Below are positions 1 to 8,443 of a stretch of 14,272 bases of DNA, piece by piece. Every line of letters begins with the position of its first letter. Position 1 is the stretch's first letter. The stretch lies in NCBI GenBank assembly GCA_049472315.1, contig JBLIRN010000069.1:1-14272 (forward strand). Reading direction: 5' to 3'. Origin of the DNA: a bacterium. GTDB taxonomy: Bacteria > SZUA-182 > DTGQ01 > JAFGSM01. Below the pieces are notes generated by a model. The model searched no databases and was not told where the DNA came from. It saw only the letters and a program-made list of their open reading frames with translations. Made by a program: the position numbers and the translations under genes.

Positions 1-607
1 GACTGAAATCACCTCGATCGGCATCACGCCCATCACCCTCGGCAGCGATGAAGAGGATGATTTTCCAACCACCCTGCACCTGACCACCCTGTGTGTGCGT
101 TTCGGGCTGACTGATTACTGGGAGGTCTATGCGGATATCGGCGCTTCTTACGACGAGCCCTCTGAACCGGGACTTACCTATGGCGGGGGAATGTGCATCA
201 ACCTCCTCTCATCTCGGTCCACGGGATTATACACAGCCCTCCAGGCGTCTTATCTGGCTGGCGATGCTGAAGAGGAGTATACATCGGACCTCGAAAATGC
301 ATGGAGAAGGGAAACCGAGTGGGAGGAGGTTACGGCCGGACTCGAGGTGGGTATTGCCCGACCGCGATGGTCCTTCTATGTGGGAGGGGCATACTTTATG
401 TATGAGGAGGACACCGACCGTTACCAGATGGAAAACCTTCCCCCTGCCCTCACCTACCGATTGTTCCGCGATGAAGTGGAGCAGGAAGAGGACATCGGTG
501 CGTATGCCGGTATAGGATACTCCCTTACACCCTCGCTGCTCCTTACTATCGAGGGGCACCTGCTCACGCAGGAAGGTCTCTCCCTTTCCCTGGAACAGCA
601 TTTCTAA
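1..607 (+). CDS. 5'-truncated probable outer-membrane beta-barrel protein (hypothetical)
   Basis: Frame is open from nt 2 (TEITSIGITPITLGSDEEDDFPTTLHLTTLCVRFGL...) to TAA at 605-607, so the gene begins before the window. It has alternating amphipathic beta-strand patterns (WEVYADIGASY, WSFYVGGAYF, AYAGIGYSL) and ends in LSLSLEQHF with a terminal Phe, a BAM beta-signal-like ending. Confidence 0.6.
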   Translation, partial: TEITSIGITPITLGSDEEDDFPTTLHLTTLCVRFGLTDYWEVYADIGASYDEPSEPGLTYGGGMCINLLSSRSTGLYTALQASYLAGDAEEEYTSDLENAWRRETEWEEVTAGLEVGIARPRWSFYVGGAYFMYEEDTDRYQMENLPPALTYRLFRDEVEQEEDIGAYAGIGYSLTPSLLLTIEGHLLTQEGLSLSLEQHF

Positions 608-673
608 TAGGAAACGGCAATTCTTCGTGTAACCTGGCATCATCACGAGTAAACATATGTGTCCGAGCTCGCC

Positions 674-705
674 AACGCCTGCATAGTCAACCGGGCGCAG
701 GCATT
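674..705 (-). terminator. Weak hairpin between convergent genes, possible terminator
   Basis: On the minus strand AATGCCTGC-N14-GCAGGCGTT (6 bp perfect core GCCTGC/GCAGGC). The loop is large and there is no clear U-tract. Confidence 0.2.
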
Positions 706-742
706 ATAACCTCATCGCAAAGGGCACAGAGGGAACGGAGGG

Positions 743-1741
743 TCAGTCTTCCCAATGCTGGCTGTCGTCGGGGAAGACGATGTTGTGCTTTCTGATAAAA
801 TAGCCGAGGTTCCTCCGGTCGATTCCGAGAAGCTTGGCGGTCTTGCTCTTGACCCATTTGCTCTTCTGGAGGGCGCTCAGGATGATGAGCCGCTCATACA
901 CCTTGAGCTGATTCCGGAGGTTGAGATCGGAGGTCTGCACATCCATGTGGCTTGAGGGCTGATGGTAGGATCGCAACTGGAGCGAAGGCAGTGAATCCAA
1001 TTCAATGTAATCCCGCTCCGCCATGATCATGGCGTTTTCGAGCACATTCTTCAGCTCGCGGACATTCCCCGGCCAATCGTAATCCATGAGATATTCCATG
1101 GCATCCTCGGTGATGCCCTTGACCTTCTTGTTCAGATTCTCGTTATAGTGCTCTATGAAGTAGTCAGTGAGCAGGGGGATATCCTCTTTTCGTTCCCTGA
1201 GGGAGGGCAAAAAGATGGTCACCACGCTCAGGCGGTAGAAGAGGTCCTCCCGGAAATGCCCCTTCTTGGTCGCCTCCTTGAGGATGACATTGGTGGTTGC
1301 AATCACCCGGGTGTCAATCTTGATGTTTCTCGTACTCCCCACCGGTGTTATTTCCTCCTCCTGCAGCACCCGCAGCAGTTTTGCCTGTCCGCTCAAGGGC
1401 ATGCTGCCTATCTCGTCGAGCAGAATCGTTCCCATGTTTGCCAGCTCGAAGAATCCCTTTCGATCCTCGAATGCGCCGGTGAACGATCCCTTCTTGTGGC
1501 CGAAAAGCTCGCTTTCCAGAAGGGTTTCAGTCACCGCGGCACAGTTGACCTTAACATAGGGCGCACAGTGCCTGAGGCTGTGGCGATATATGGCATTCGC
1601 AACAACCTCCTTGCCGGTGCCGCTCTCGCCTTGAATCAGGACAGTCGACTTGGTTTTGGCGATGAGACCTATGAGACGGCATATCTTTTTTATCTGCTCG
1701 CTTTTACCGATAAGGCTGTCAAAATATTTGTCGTATGACAT
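743..1741 (-). CDS. Sigma54-dependent transcriptional activator (bEBP; AAA+ plus Fis-type HTH) lacking an N-terminal regulatory domain
   Basis: Walker [24 protein letters not shown] (GAFTGA loop variant), Walker [37 protein letters not shown] and C-terminal [19 protein letters not shown] prefer the ATG at 1741 (MSYDKYF...), which has a GGGGGGA SD-like site upstream; the ORF track extends to 1783. Confidence 0.93.
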   Translation of the reverse strand: MSYDKYFDSLIGKSEQIKKICRLIGLIAKTKSTVLIQGESGTGKEVVANAIYRHSLRHCAPYVKVNCAAVTETLLESELFGHKKGSFTGAFEDRKGFFELANMGTILLDEIGSMPLSGQAKLLRVLQEEEITPVGSTRNIKIDTRVIATTNVILKEATKKGHFREDLFYRLSVVTIFLPSLRERKEDIPLLTDYFIEHYNENLNKKVKGITEDAMEYLMDYDWPGNVRELKNVLENAMIMAERDYIELDSLPSLQLRSYHQPSSHMDVQTSDLNLRNQLKVYERLIILSALQKSKWVKSKTAKLLGIDRRNLGYFIRKHNIVFPDDSQHWED

Positions 1742-1811
1742 GTGCGTACTTCCCCCCGAGACCATATCAATTATTACAACCAACTATGTTTAACCTTTCA
1801 GGGTTTGAAGA

Positions 1812-1827
1812 AGCAATTTCTATACCA
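1812..1827 (-). promoter_or_regulatory. Sigma54 (RpoN) -24/-12 promoter for the bEBP gene
   Basis: Minus strand reads TGGTATAGAAATTGCT: GG-N10-GC with exact spacing, matching the TGGYAYR-N4-TTGCW consensus. It lies about 70 nt upstream of the ATG and faces it. Confidence 0.8.
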
Positions 1828-2032
1828 TTGAAAATAGACCCCTTCAATCGCCCCTTGATGATGGGAAATTATTGGGTGCAGCCCCAAAAAGGCGCACATG
1901 GTAAGGAATTTACTCCAAAGGGAGTGGAGAGGGCCGGGGCCTTTCGATTAATGGAATGGGCCCGGGGTCATATGCGGGAAATATACCTTCCCGAGAGCCA
2001 TATCAGGTTATTTGCACACTATGTATATTTTT

Positions 2033-3100
2033 TCACAATTGTGGGGGACATTTGCATAAGCTTGCGCTGTTGCCTGAAAGAGTCTCCCAAACGCGTGTAT
2101 CCTGTGCGGTGATGCTCCAGTCACGGGTGGCCCGGCCCTGATTGAAGAATCCGGCGGCACCTATCATACAGGCATTGTCCACACACAATCGAGGAGGCGG
2201 AATAACGATGGTGATCCCCTGGTCCCTGCATGCACGGTCAAGCCGTTCCCGCAACCTGCTGTTTGATGCGACCCCGCCCCCTACCGCCAGGGCATGCACC
2301 CCCGTCCTCTTGACCGCCTCCATTGCCTTGGATACCAGGACATCCACCACCGCCTCCTGAAATCCCGCCACAATGGAGGCAACCGATGCCGAATCATGTC
2401 CGATGCCTTCTCCCGGGTCCCGCTCAAACCGGATATGGTTGCACACCGCCGTCTTGAGTCCGCTGAAACTGAAATCAAGGGAATCCCTTTCCAGGTACGC
2501 CCTGGGAAATGTGATCGCATGCGGGTCAGACGTCCTGGCCAATTCGTCGATAACCGGTCCCCCCGGATAGCCCAGCCCAAGAAACTTGGCGACCTTGTCG
2601 AATGCCTCCCCTGCGGCATCATCCCTTGTTCTGCCAAGGAGTTCATACTCCCCGTGTCCCTTGACAAGATACAGATCCGTATGTCCTCCGGAGACCACGA
2701 GGCTGACAAAGGGGAACGGAATGTCCGGGCAGGTAAGAATGGAGGCGTAGATATGCCCCTCCAGGTGGTCGACGGGGATAAGCGGAAGATCGGCGGCGAA
2801 GGCGATCGCCTTTGCAGCCGAGAGTCCCACCAGGAGTGAACCGATCAGGCCGGGGCCGACGGTAATCGCGATTCCATCGAGCATCTGCATGGTGAATGTC
2901 GCCTCATCCATGGCCATGGCGATAATCCGGATAATGGTTTCTATATGCCTCCGGGAGGCGATTTCAGGCACCACCCCCCCGTACTTATGATGATCGGGTA
3001 TCTGGGAGTGAAGGGCGTTTCCGAGAATGGAGGTGCCGTCGCGCACCACCGCTGCAGCGGTTTCATCACACGAGGTTTCTATCGCCAGGAGCACCCTCAT
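2033..3100 (-). CDS. tsaD: tRNA N6-adenosine threonylcarbamoyltransferase TsaD
   Basis: Motifs LAIETSCDETAAAV, GGVVPEIASRRH, GPGLIGSL, HLEGH, VSGGHT, DDAAGEAFDKVA, FSFSGLKTA, GGVASN and DNACMI. ATGA overlap with the upstream gene's stop. Confidence 0.97.
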   Translation of the reverse strand: MRVLLAIETSCDETAAAVVRDGTSILGNALHSQIPDHHKYGGVVPEIASRRHIETIIRIIAMAMDEATFTMQMLDGIAITVGPGLIGSLLVGLSAAKAIAFAADLPLIPVDHLEGHIYASILTCPDIPFPFVSLVVSGGHTDLYLVKGHGEYELLGRTRDDAAGEAFDKVAKFLGLGYPGGPVIDELARTSDPHAITFPRAYLERDSLDFSFSGLKTAVCNHIRFERDPGEGIGHDSASVASIVAGFQEAVVDVLVSKAMEAVKRTGVHALAVGGGVASNSRLRERLDRACRDQGITIVIPPPRLCVDNACMIGAAGFFNQGRATRDWSITAQDTRVWETLSGNSASLCKCPPQL

Positions 3101-4107
3101 TCCACAACCTCCGAGAGCTTTACGAATTGAATCCCCCGCTCGCCGAGCCGGGGGAGATGGGCGCGAAGCGCCTCCAGTGTCGTGGGGTGAAGATGACCGA
3201 TGGCGATCCCGCAGCCATTCTCCCGAGCAACCTCGGCAACCTTATCGAGCTGTCGTCTGATGTAGGCAATGGTATGCCTGCCGTCGAGAAATACGTGTCG
3301 CTTCGCCGTTTTTACGCCCATAGCCCGGGCAAGGTCATATACCATGCTCCGGGGTGAGGTACGACTGTCCAAAAAGAATAACCCCCGTTTCTTCATCTCT
3401 TCAAGAATGACCCGCATCTTCCCTTCATCTTCCACCATGCGCGATCCCATGTGATTGTTTGCCCCTACCACACCATCAAGCCCCACCAAGGACTTCTCAA
3501 TGAGCCGCCGTATCTGCGAATCATCCATGGTGGTCAGGAGGGTCCCCTCTTCAACCTGGGCGTTCGGATAGTCGTATGGTTCCATGGGAAGGTGAAGGAT
3601 GACCTCCTTGCCCCTTTCCACGGCCCTCCGGGCAATGGCATGGGTGTAGGGCAGGTTGGGGAGGATGGATACGGTCAAAGGGACGTCGATGGCAAGCAGG
3701 GCCTCCGCCAAATCCATATTGTAGCCGAGGTCATCGATGATCAGGGCGACCCGGTGTCCGCGCAACGGGGCGACCTTCTGCGGCAACGGGAATTTTCTGG
3801 GAGGTTTGAGTTCGTCCAGGGTACGATCGTCCGCAGGGGCTTCCGCGGTTTCCCTCTCTTCTTCGATATAGGGGGGCTGCGGATGCCTCGGCGAAAAAAG
3901 CGCTGCCACCGGGGCATGGATACACCGGGGGAGAAAATGCCCGCCGGTCCGGAAGCCGATCAGGGTATCGAGAAAGATCAGATTGATCAACGAGAGAAGA
4001 ATGAGCGCGAGGCTGAGCCACACAATCTTGTGGCTCGAGGGCTTACGCTGCTTACGCCTTCTTTGGCCCCCGCTCCTTTTCTTCTTCTTTTTCTTCTTTA
4101 TCGCCAC
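3097..4107 (-). CDS. Divergent polysaccharide deacetylase family protein (YibQ-like), membrane anchored
   Basis: Motifs IIDDLG, HLPMEP, NNHMGS, FLDSRT, VFLD and IAIGH. N-terminal Lys/Arg-rich stretch followed by a hydrophobic helix. This is its usual position after envC/ctpA. GTG start. Confidence 0.9.
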   Translation of the reverse strand: MAIKKKKKKKRSGGQRRRKQRKPSSHKIVWLSLALILLSLINLIFLDTLIGFRTGGHFLPRCIHAPVAALFSPRHPQPPYIEEERETAEAPADDRTLDELKPPRKFPLPQKVAPLRGHRVALIIDDLGYNMDLAEALLAIDVPLTVSILPNLPYTHAIARRAVERGKEVILHLPMEPYDYPNAQVEEGTLLTTMDDSQIRRLIEKSLVGLDGVVGANNHMGSRMVEDEGKMRVILEEMKKRGLFFLDSRTSPRSMVYDLARAMGVKTAKRHVFLDGRHTIAYIRRQLDKVAEVARENGCGIAIGHLHPTTLEALRAHLPRLGERGIQFVKLSEVVE

Positions 4108-4128
4108 TGCATACGGACCGGATGTCTC

Positions 4129-5493
4129 TTACTTCTTAAAAAGTGAAAAGATTCGGTTTGCCTTGATGATGTCGATCGCCCTCTGGAGCTGCAGATCCTC
4201 AATGTATCCCATTCCCTCTCCCTCTTCCTTCGATTCCTCATTCTCCTCCTGCATCTCCGCAGGTCCCTCCGCGTCGGCAGGGGGCTGATCATTGTTTTTG
4301 GATGACCTGTCCATCTCGATGAGGTCCTTTTCGCGGATGGCATGCTCTTCGGAGAGTATCCTCTTCTTGTCGTCAGGGAGAAGGTTTTCAACCAGAATAT
4401 CCGGGGTGATCCCCTCGCCGTGGATGCTGGTCCCCTTGGGGGTGTAATATTTTGCCGTGGTCAATCGAATGGCGGACCCATCGGACAGGGGATAGATGGT
4501 TTGGACCGATCCCTTGCCGAATGTCTTGGTACCGAGCACCACCGCCCTGTTCCAGTCCTTGAGCGCCCCGGCCAGAATCTCCGAGGCACTGGCGCTTCCT
4601 GCGTTGACGAGAACGACAATCGGGTAATCAGGGATCAGGGGATCGTTCTTCGACTTCAAGACCATGCTCTGTTCCTTCACCTTCCCCTTGGTGCTAACAA
4701 TCACGGCCTCCTTCGGCAGAAAGATGTCGGCCACATCAACCGCCACATTCAGAAGCCCCCCCGCATTGAAACGTATATCGATGATAAGTCCTTCCAGGGA
4801 GTCCGCCTTGATCTCCTTGACGGCGGATTTCACGTCCTTGGTGGTGTCTTCCTGAAACTGGCGGATTCTGATATATCCGATCCTGCCGTCTTCCATCGTC
4901 TTCGAGTAGACGCTTTCCAGTTTCACCACCCCGCGGGTGATGGTGAATTTCTTCGCCTTTTCGAACCCCTTGCGCCATATGGTCAGGGTGACCTTGGTCC
5001 CCTTGGGGCCCCGGATCTGTTTAGCTGCCTCGGAAAGCGACATATCCCTGGTGGGGGCCTCGTCGATCTTGAGAATGAGGTCACCGGCCTTTAGCCCCGC
5101 CTCAAAGGCGGGGGTACCCTCGATGGGCGAGACGATGGTGAGCTGCTCATCCTTTATGGTTATCTCGATGCCGATCCCTTCGAACCTGCCCCGCGTATCC
5201 ACCTGCATCTCCTTATACATGTCGGAGGTCATGTAGGAGCTGTGCGGGTCGAGGTCCTTGAGCATTCCCTTGATGGCACCGGAAATGATTTGGCCTTCAT
5301 CCACCTCGTCCACGTAGTTTTCCTGGATATAGGTTATGGCCTCACTAAAGACCTTGAGGTTCTCATAGGTCTTATCCTTGGCGTAGACCCCTGCCATAAA
5401 GCCGTTGAGACAAAGGAGGATGGTGATGCCTACGACCGTAGCCAATGTCACAACGACGAGTAATTTCATTCCTTGATTCTTATGCTGCTCCAT
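4129..5493 (-). CDS. ctpA: Carboxyl-terminal processing protease, S41A family (PDZ plus Ser/Lys catalytic domain)
   Basis: LDPHSSY, PDZ GIGIEI/SPIEGTPA, catalytic SASASEILAGAL and TFGKGSVQ, LTTAKYYTPKG, GITPDI. N-terminal signal/TM segment and an AAGGAG SD upstream. Confidence 0.95.
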   Translation of the reverse strand: MEQHKNQGMKLLVVVTLATVVGITILLCLNGFMAGVYAKDKTYENLKVFSEAITYIQENYVDEVDEGQIISGAIKGMLKDLDPHSSYMTSDMYKEMQVDTRGRFEGIGIEITIKDEQLTIVSPIEGTPAFEAGLKAGDLILKIDEAPTRDMSLSEAAKQIRGPKGTKVTLTIWRKGFEKAKKFTITRGVVKLESVYSKTMEDGRIGYIRIRQFQEDTTKDVKSAVKEIKADSLEGLIIDIRFNAGGLLNVAVDVADIFLPKEAVIVSTKGKVKEQSMVLKSKNDPLIPDYPIVVLVNAGSASASEILAGALKDWNRAVVLGTKTFGKGSVQTIYPLSDGSAIRLTTAKYYTPKGTSIHGEGITPDILVENLLPDDKKRILSEEHAIREKDLIEMDRSSKNNDQPPADAEGPAEMQEENEESKEEGEGMGYIEDLQLQRAIDIIKANRIFSLFKK

Positions 5494-5556
5494 AGGGTTC
5501 TCCTTGCATGTTAAAAATCATCATATGAGAAAATGGGATTAAATTTTTATTGTAGA

Positions 5557-5586
5557 AGCATATACTATTTATCGGTTATTCGGCAA
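5557..5586 (-). promoter_or_regulatory. Possible internal sigma70-type promoter for ctpA-yibQ-tsaD
   Basis: TTGCCG-N18-TATGCT on the minus strand, inside an AT-rich 123-bp gap between envC and ctpA. Confidence 0.3.
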
Positions 5587-5616
5587 GTCCTCTTTCTTGA
5601 CGACCTTCATCGAATC

Positions 5617-6774
5617 TCATCGCCGGCTCAACCATACAAGGGGATCACAGGGTTGACCGTTATGGCGAATCTCGAAATACAACTCCGCCCCCCGTATGGA
5701 ATGGGTGTCGCCGACCGACCCGATCCGCTCCCCGCCCTTGATTCGTTGTCCTTCTTGTACCGCGATCTCCAAGGTATGTGCATAAATAGTAGTATACCCG
5801 TTGCCGTGATCGATGATGATCAATTTGCCATACCCCAAAAACCACCCCGCATAGGCTATCTTTCCGGCCCCCACGCTCAGGATGTCACTCCCCAAGGGTG
5901 CGCCGATGTCGATTCCGTTATTGAGTATCTTCCTGTCCAAGCGGGGATCATGGTGCAGGCCGAACGGAACCAGGACCTTTCCCTCCACCGGCCAGATAAG
6001 CTGCCCCTTGAACGCAGTAAAATCGCCATCGGCCGCCTTTCCGGTGCCCCAGCGCTCGATGAGCCTGCGAATTTCTTCGGATTGGCGCTCCAGGCCGTTG
6101 AGCAGGGCAATCTGTCTCTTCTTGTTTCTTCGGACGGATTCAAGGAGGGCATTTCGTTCCCTCTGCTGCCTCTCGAGCATCCCCTTTTTCCTGGATGCCT
6201 GCTCTTTGTAACTATTCACCCTGGAAGCGTACTCCTCCAGTTCCTGTGTCCTTGCGCAATACAATTCCCTTTGGCGCCTCAATTCAGCCACGCCCTTTGC
6301 ATCGGACTGGGCAATGTAACGCATCAAGGTCATGGATTGAATCAGTTGATCCACGGAATCGGCGGAAAAAATGACCTTCATGAGACCTATGCCGCCGGAC
6401 TTATAGATGGCACGCAATCTCCCCTTCAGGTAATCCAGTTTCTCCGCAACCCCTTTCTCGATCTCCAGGAGCTGCTCCTCGATCTCCCGTTTCTTTTTTC
6501 GGTTATGGACAAGGTTGGATTCATAGATGGCAAGTTCCCTTCGTTTCTTCTCCAGCTCCTTATCTATGGCATCCAATTGCTCCATGATGGAGCTTTCCCT
6601 TTTTCGTTGCTCCTTGACCGCCGTTTTGGTCTTTTTGGCATCCTCCTCAAGCCCCTTGAGTTTGCTTTTCTGCGTCCGGAGGGAGGAGGGCTCCTCCCCC
6701 CGCGACACCCGTGCACAAGGCCACAGCATAAGGGCCGAACACATCAGAAATACTCCCGTGGCTCGTCCGTTCAT
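5617..6774 (-). CDS. envC: EnvC-like murein hydrolase activator (signal peptide, coiled coil, degenerate M23/LytM domain)
   Basis: Long coiled coil, then KGQLIWPVEG, NNGIDI, GYGKLIIIDHG, YAH and ELYFEIR. The zinc-ligand His residues of HxxxD and HxH are replaced, as expected for EnvC. It lies directly downstream of ftsEX. Confidence 0.88.
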   Translation of the reverse strand: MNGRATGVFLMCSALMLWPCARVSRGEEPSSLRTQKSKLKGLEEDAKKTKTAVKEQRKRESSIMEQLDAIDKELEKKRRELAIYESNLVHNRKKKREIEEQLLEIEKGVAEKLDYLKGRLRAIYKSGGIGLMKVIFSADSVDQLIQSMTLMRYIAQSDAKGVAELRRQRELYCARTQELEEYASRVNSYKEQASRKKGMLERQQRERNALLESVRRNKKRQIALLNGLERQSEEIRRLIERWGTGKAADGDFTAFKGQLIWPVEGKVLVPFGLHHDPRLDRKILNNGIDIGAPLGSDILSVGAGKIAYAGWFLGYGKLIIIDHGNGYTTIYAHTLEIAVQEGQRIKGGERIGSVGDTHSIRGAELYFEIRHNGQPCDPLVWLSRR

Positions 6775-6778
6775 GGCA

Positions 6779-7735
6779 TCAGACCTTCAAGGAAAAGAGG
6801 CTCCCCACCCCGCCGACCCCCATTCCCAGACCTGCCAGGAGGAGCATAAGCATCGGGGGGAGAAAGGAGAGCCGGAACAAACCGATGATGTCCAATAGAT
6901 ATGGGTTCAACTGATACCGTATCAATTGATAGAGCAGATAGAGAAGACCGATGGAAATGACACTCCCCAAGAGCCCGTTTATCATGCCCTCCAGCAAAAA
7001 GGGCGTCTTGATGAACCATCGATGTGCACCCACCAGGCGCATGATTTCCACTTCATCCTTGCGATTGATAAAGGTCAATCGAACGGTATTGGAGATGATG
7101 AACAGGGAGACGAAGATCAGGACGCCCCCCGCCAGAAATCCAACCACCTTTATCAGAAAGAGAAAAACGGAAAGCCGGCGGATCCATTCCCTGCCGCTTT
7201 GTATCTCTTCGAATTCATTAAACAGTGAAAGCTTCTCCGCCACCATATCCAGTGTGCCGATGCCCGCCGTATCATCGATGACCATCTCGAAGGATGCAGG
7301 CAGCGGATTCTCCTCGAGTCCCTCCAGAAGAAAACGATCCTCACCGAGTGATTCCCTGAACCGTTCCATTGCCTCCAACTTGGTCACGAAGGTGACCTTC
7401 TTGATCTCCTTCATGGCGTTGAGTTGGCTGGTTAAAAGGGCAACCCTTTCTTCGCCGATGCCCTCCTTGAGGTAGGCCACCACCTTCACCGCATCAAGGC
7501 ATCCCGTAAGCAACGGGGCGATGTTAATCCACAGGAGAAAAAAGAGGCCCACATTGAGCATGGTAAAGGAGATGGTAATGACCGAGACGAAACCGGTAAT
7601 GCCGCCCCTTCTGAGATTATGGACACCGTCCTGAAGGCTGTACAGGAACACCCACACCCTGTGTGCGATCTGAAACCGTTTGCGCGGCTTAACCGAAGCA
7701 GGGTGCGAATCGGATTGTAACGCTCTTCTGCCCAT
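6779..7735 (-). CDS. ftsX: Cell division permease FtsX
   Basis: Four-TM layout, ENPLPASF, IISNTVRL, EVEIMRLVGA...FIKTPFLLEG. Adjacent to ftsE. The exact start is uncertain. Confidence 0.93.
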   Translation of the reverse strand: MGRRALQSDSHPASVKPRKRFQIAHRVWVFLYSLQDGVHNLRRGGITGFVSVITISFTMLNVGLFFLLWINIAPLLTGCLDAVKVVAYLKEGIGEERVALLTSQLNAMKEIKKVTFVTKLEAMERFRESLGEDRFLLEGLEENPLPASFEMVIDDTAGIGTLDMVAEKLSLFNEFEEIQSGREWIRRLSVFLFLIKVVGFLAGGVLIFVSLFIISNTVRLTFINRKDEVEIMRLVGAHRWFIKTPFLLEGMINGLLGSVISIGLLYLLYQLIRYQLNPYLLDIIGLFRLSFLPPMLMLLLAGLGMGVGGVGSLFSLKV

Positions 7736-7753
7736 GATCGTCGAAACCTTTCA

Positions 7754-8437
7754 TCAATGCGGGCTTACCACCCGGCCTTCGTGCAGGGTGATCACCCGTT
7801 TCCCCATCCTTGATATGATGGATTGATTGTGGGTGGCGACCACGAGGGTCGTCCCCTGCATGTTGATCTTTCTGAAAAGCGCCATGATCTCATCTTCCCG
7901 CTGCACATCAAGATTCCCTGTGGGCTCATCAGCCAAAATGAGCGGGGGATTGTTGACCAGTGCCCTGGCGATGGCGATCCGCTGCTGTTCACCCCCGGAA
8001 AGCTCGAGGGGGTATGCATCGATTCGTTTCTCAAGTCCCACCATACACAATGTCTGCCACGCCATTTTTTTCCGCACCTTCGGGGGATGTCCGTACAGAC
8101 GAAGGACAAAATCGATGTTATCGAAGATGGTGCGGTTCCTGAGCAGTCGAAAATCCTGAAATACCACACCTATTTGACGTCTCAGGTGATGAAGGTTTGA
8201 TTCCCTGACCCGGCTGAGATTTCTTCCCAGGACGATGATGTGGCCCTCAGTGGGAATATCTTCCACAAAAAGGAGTTTCAGAAAGGTCGTCTTCCCTGCC
8301 CCGCTCGGTCCGGTGAGGAAAATAAACTCGCCGCTGCGTATCTCGACACTGATGTCATCCAATGCGTGGCAGTTGTGCTTGAACCTCTTGGAGACGTGGT
8401 ACATTTGAATGATCGGCGCATGGGAGGAGCATTCCAT
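7754..8437 (-). CDS. ftsE: Cell division ATP-binding protein FtsE
   Basis: Walker A GPSGAGKT, LRRQIGVVFQDFRLL, LSGGEQQRIAIARA, LADEPTGNLD and VATHN. Confidence 0.95.
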   Translation of the reverse strand: MECSSHAPIIQMYHVSKRFKHNCHALDDISVEIRSGEFIFLTGPSGAGKTTFLKLLFVEDIPTEGHIIVLGRNLSRVRESNLHHLRRQIGVVFQDFRLLRNRTIFDNIDFVLRLYGHPPKVRKKMAWQTLCMVGLEKRIDAYPLELSGGEQQRIAIARALVNNPPLILADEPTGNLDVQREDEIMALFRKINMQGTTLVVATHNQSIISRMGKRVITLHEGRVVSPH

Positions 8438-8443
8438 GACCCA

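Noticed and set aside
1475..1495. GSFTGA instead of GAFTGA as an inactive activator
   Set aside because: GSFTGA is a common functional variant, and the critical F-T-G-A residues are retained.
2033..2110. Slightly long TsaD C-terminus as an integration scar
   Set aside because: The extension is only about a dozen residues, with no duplicated att-like sequence or integrase in view.
1735..2141. Plus-strand ORFs 1735-2112 and 1956-2141
   Set aside because: They overlap the tsaD 3' end and the sigma54 regulatory region, and show no recognisable protein features.
5617..5920. Missing zinc ligands in the M23 domain as a sign of pseudogenisation or novelty
   Set aside because: A degenerate LytM domain is the normal state of EnvC.
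5533..6849. 438-aa plus-strand ORF
   Set aside because: Lies antisense to envC along almost its whole length, with no recognisable motifs. It is a shadow ORF caused by codon bias.
2033..8437. ftsE-ftsX-envC-ctpA-yibQ cluster as a new system
   Set aside because: This is a known, widely conserved cell-envelope gene neighbourhood.
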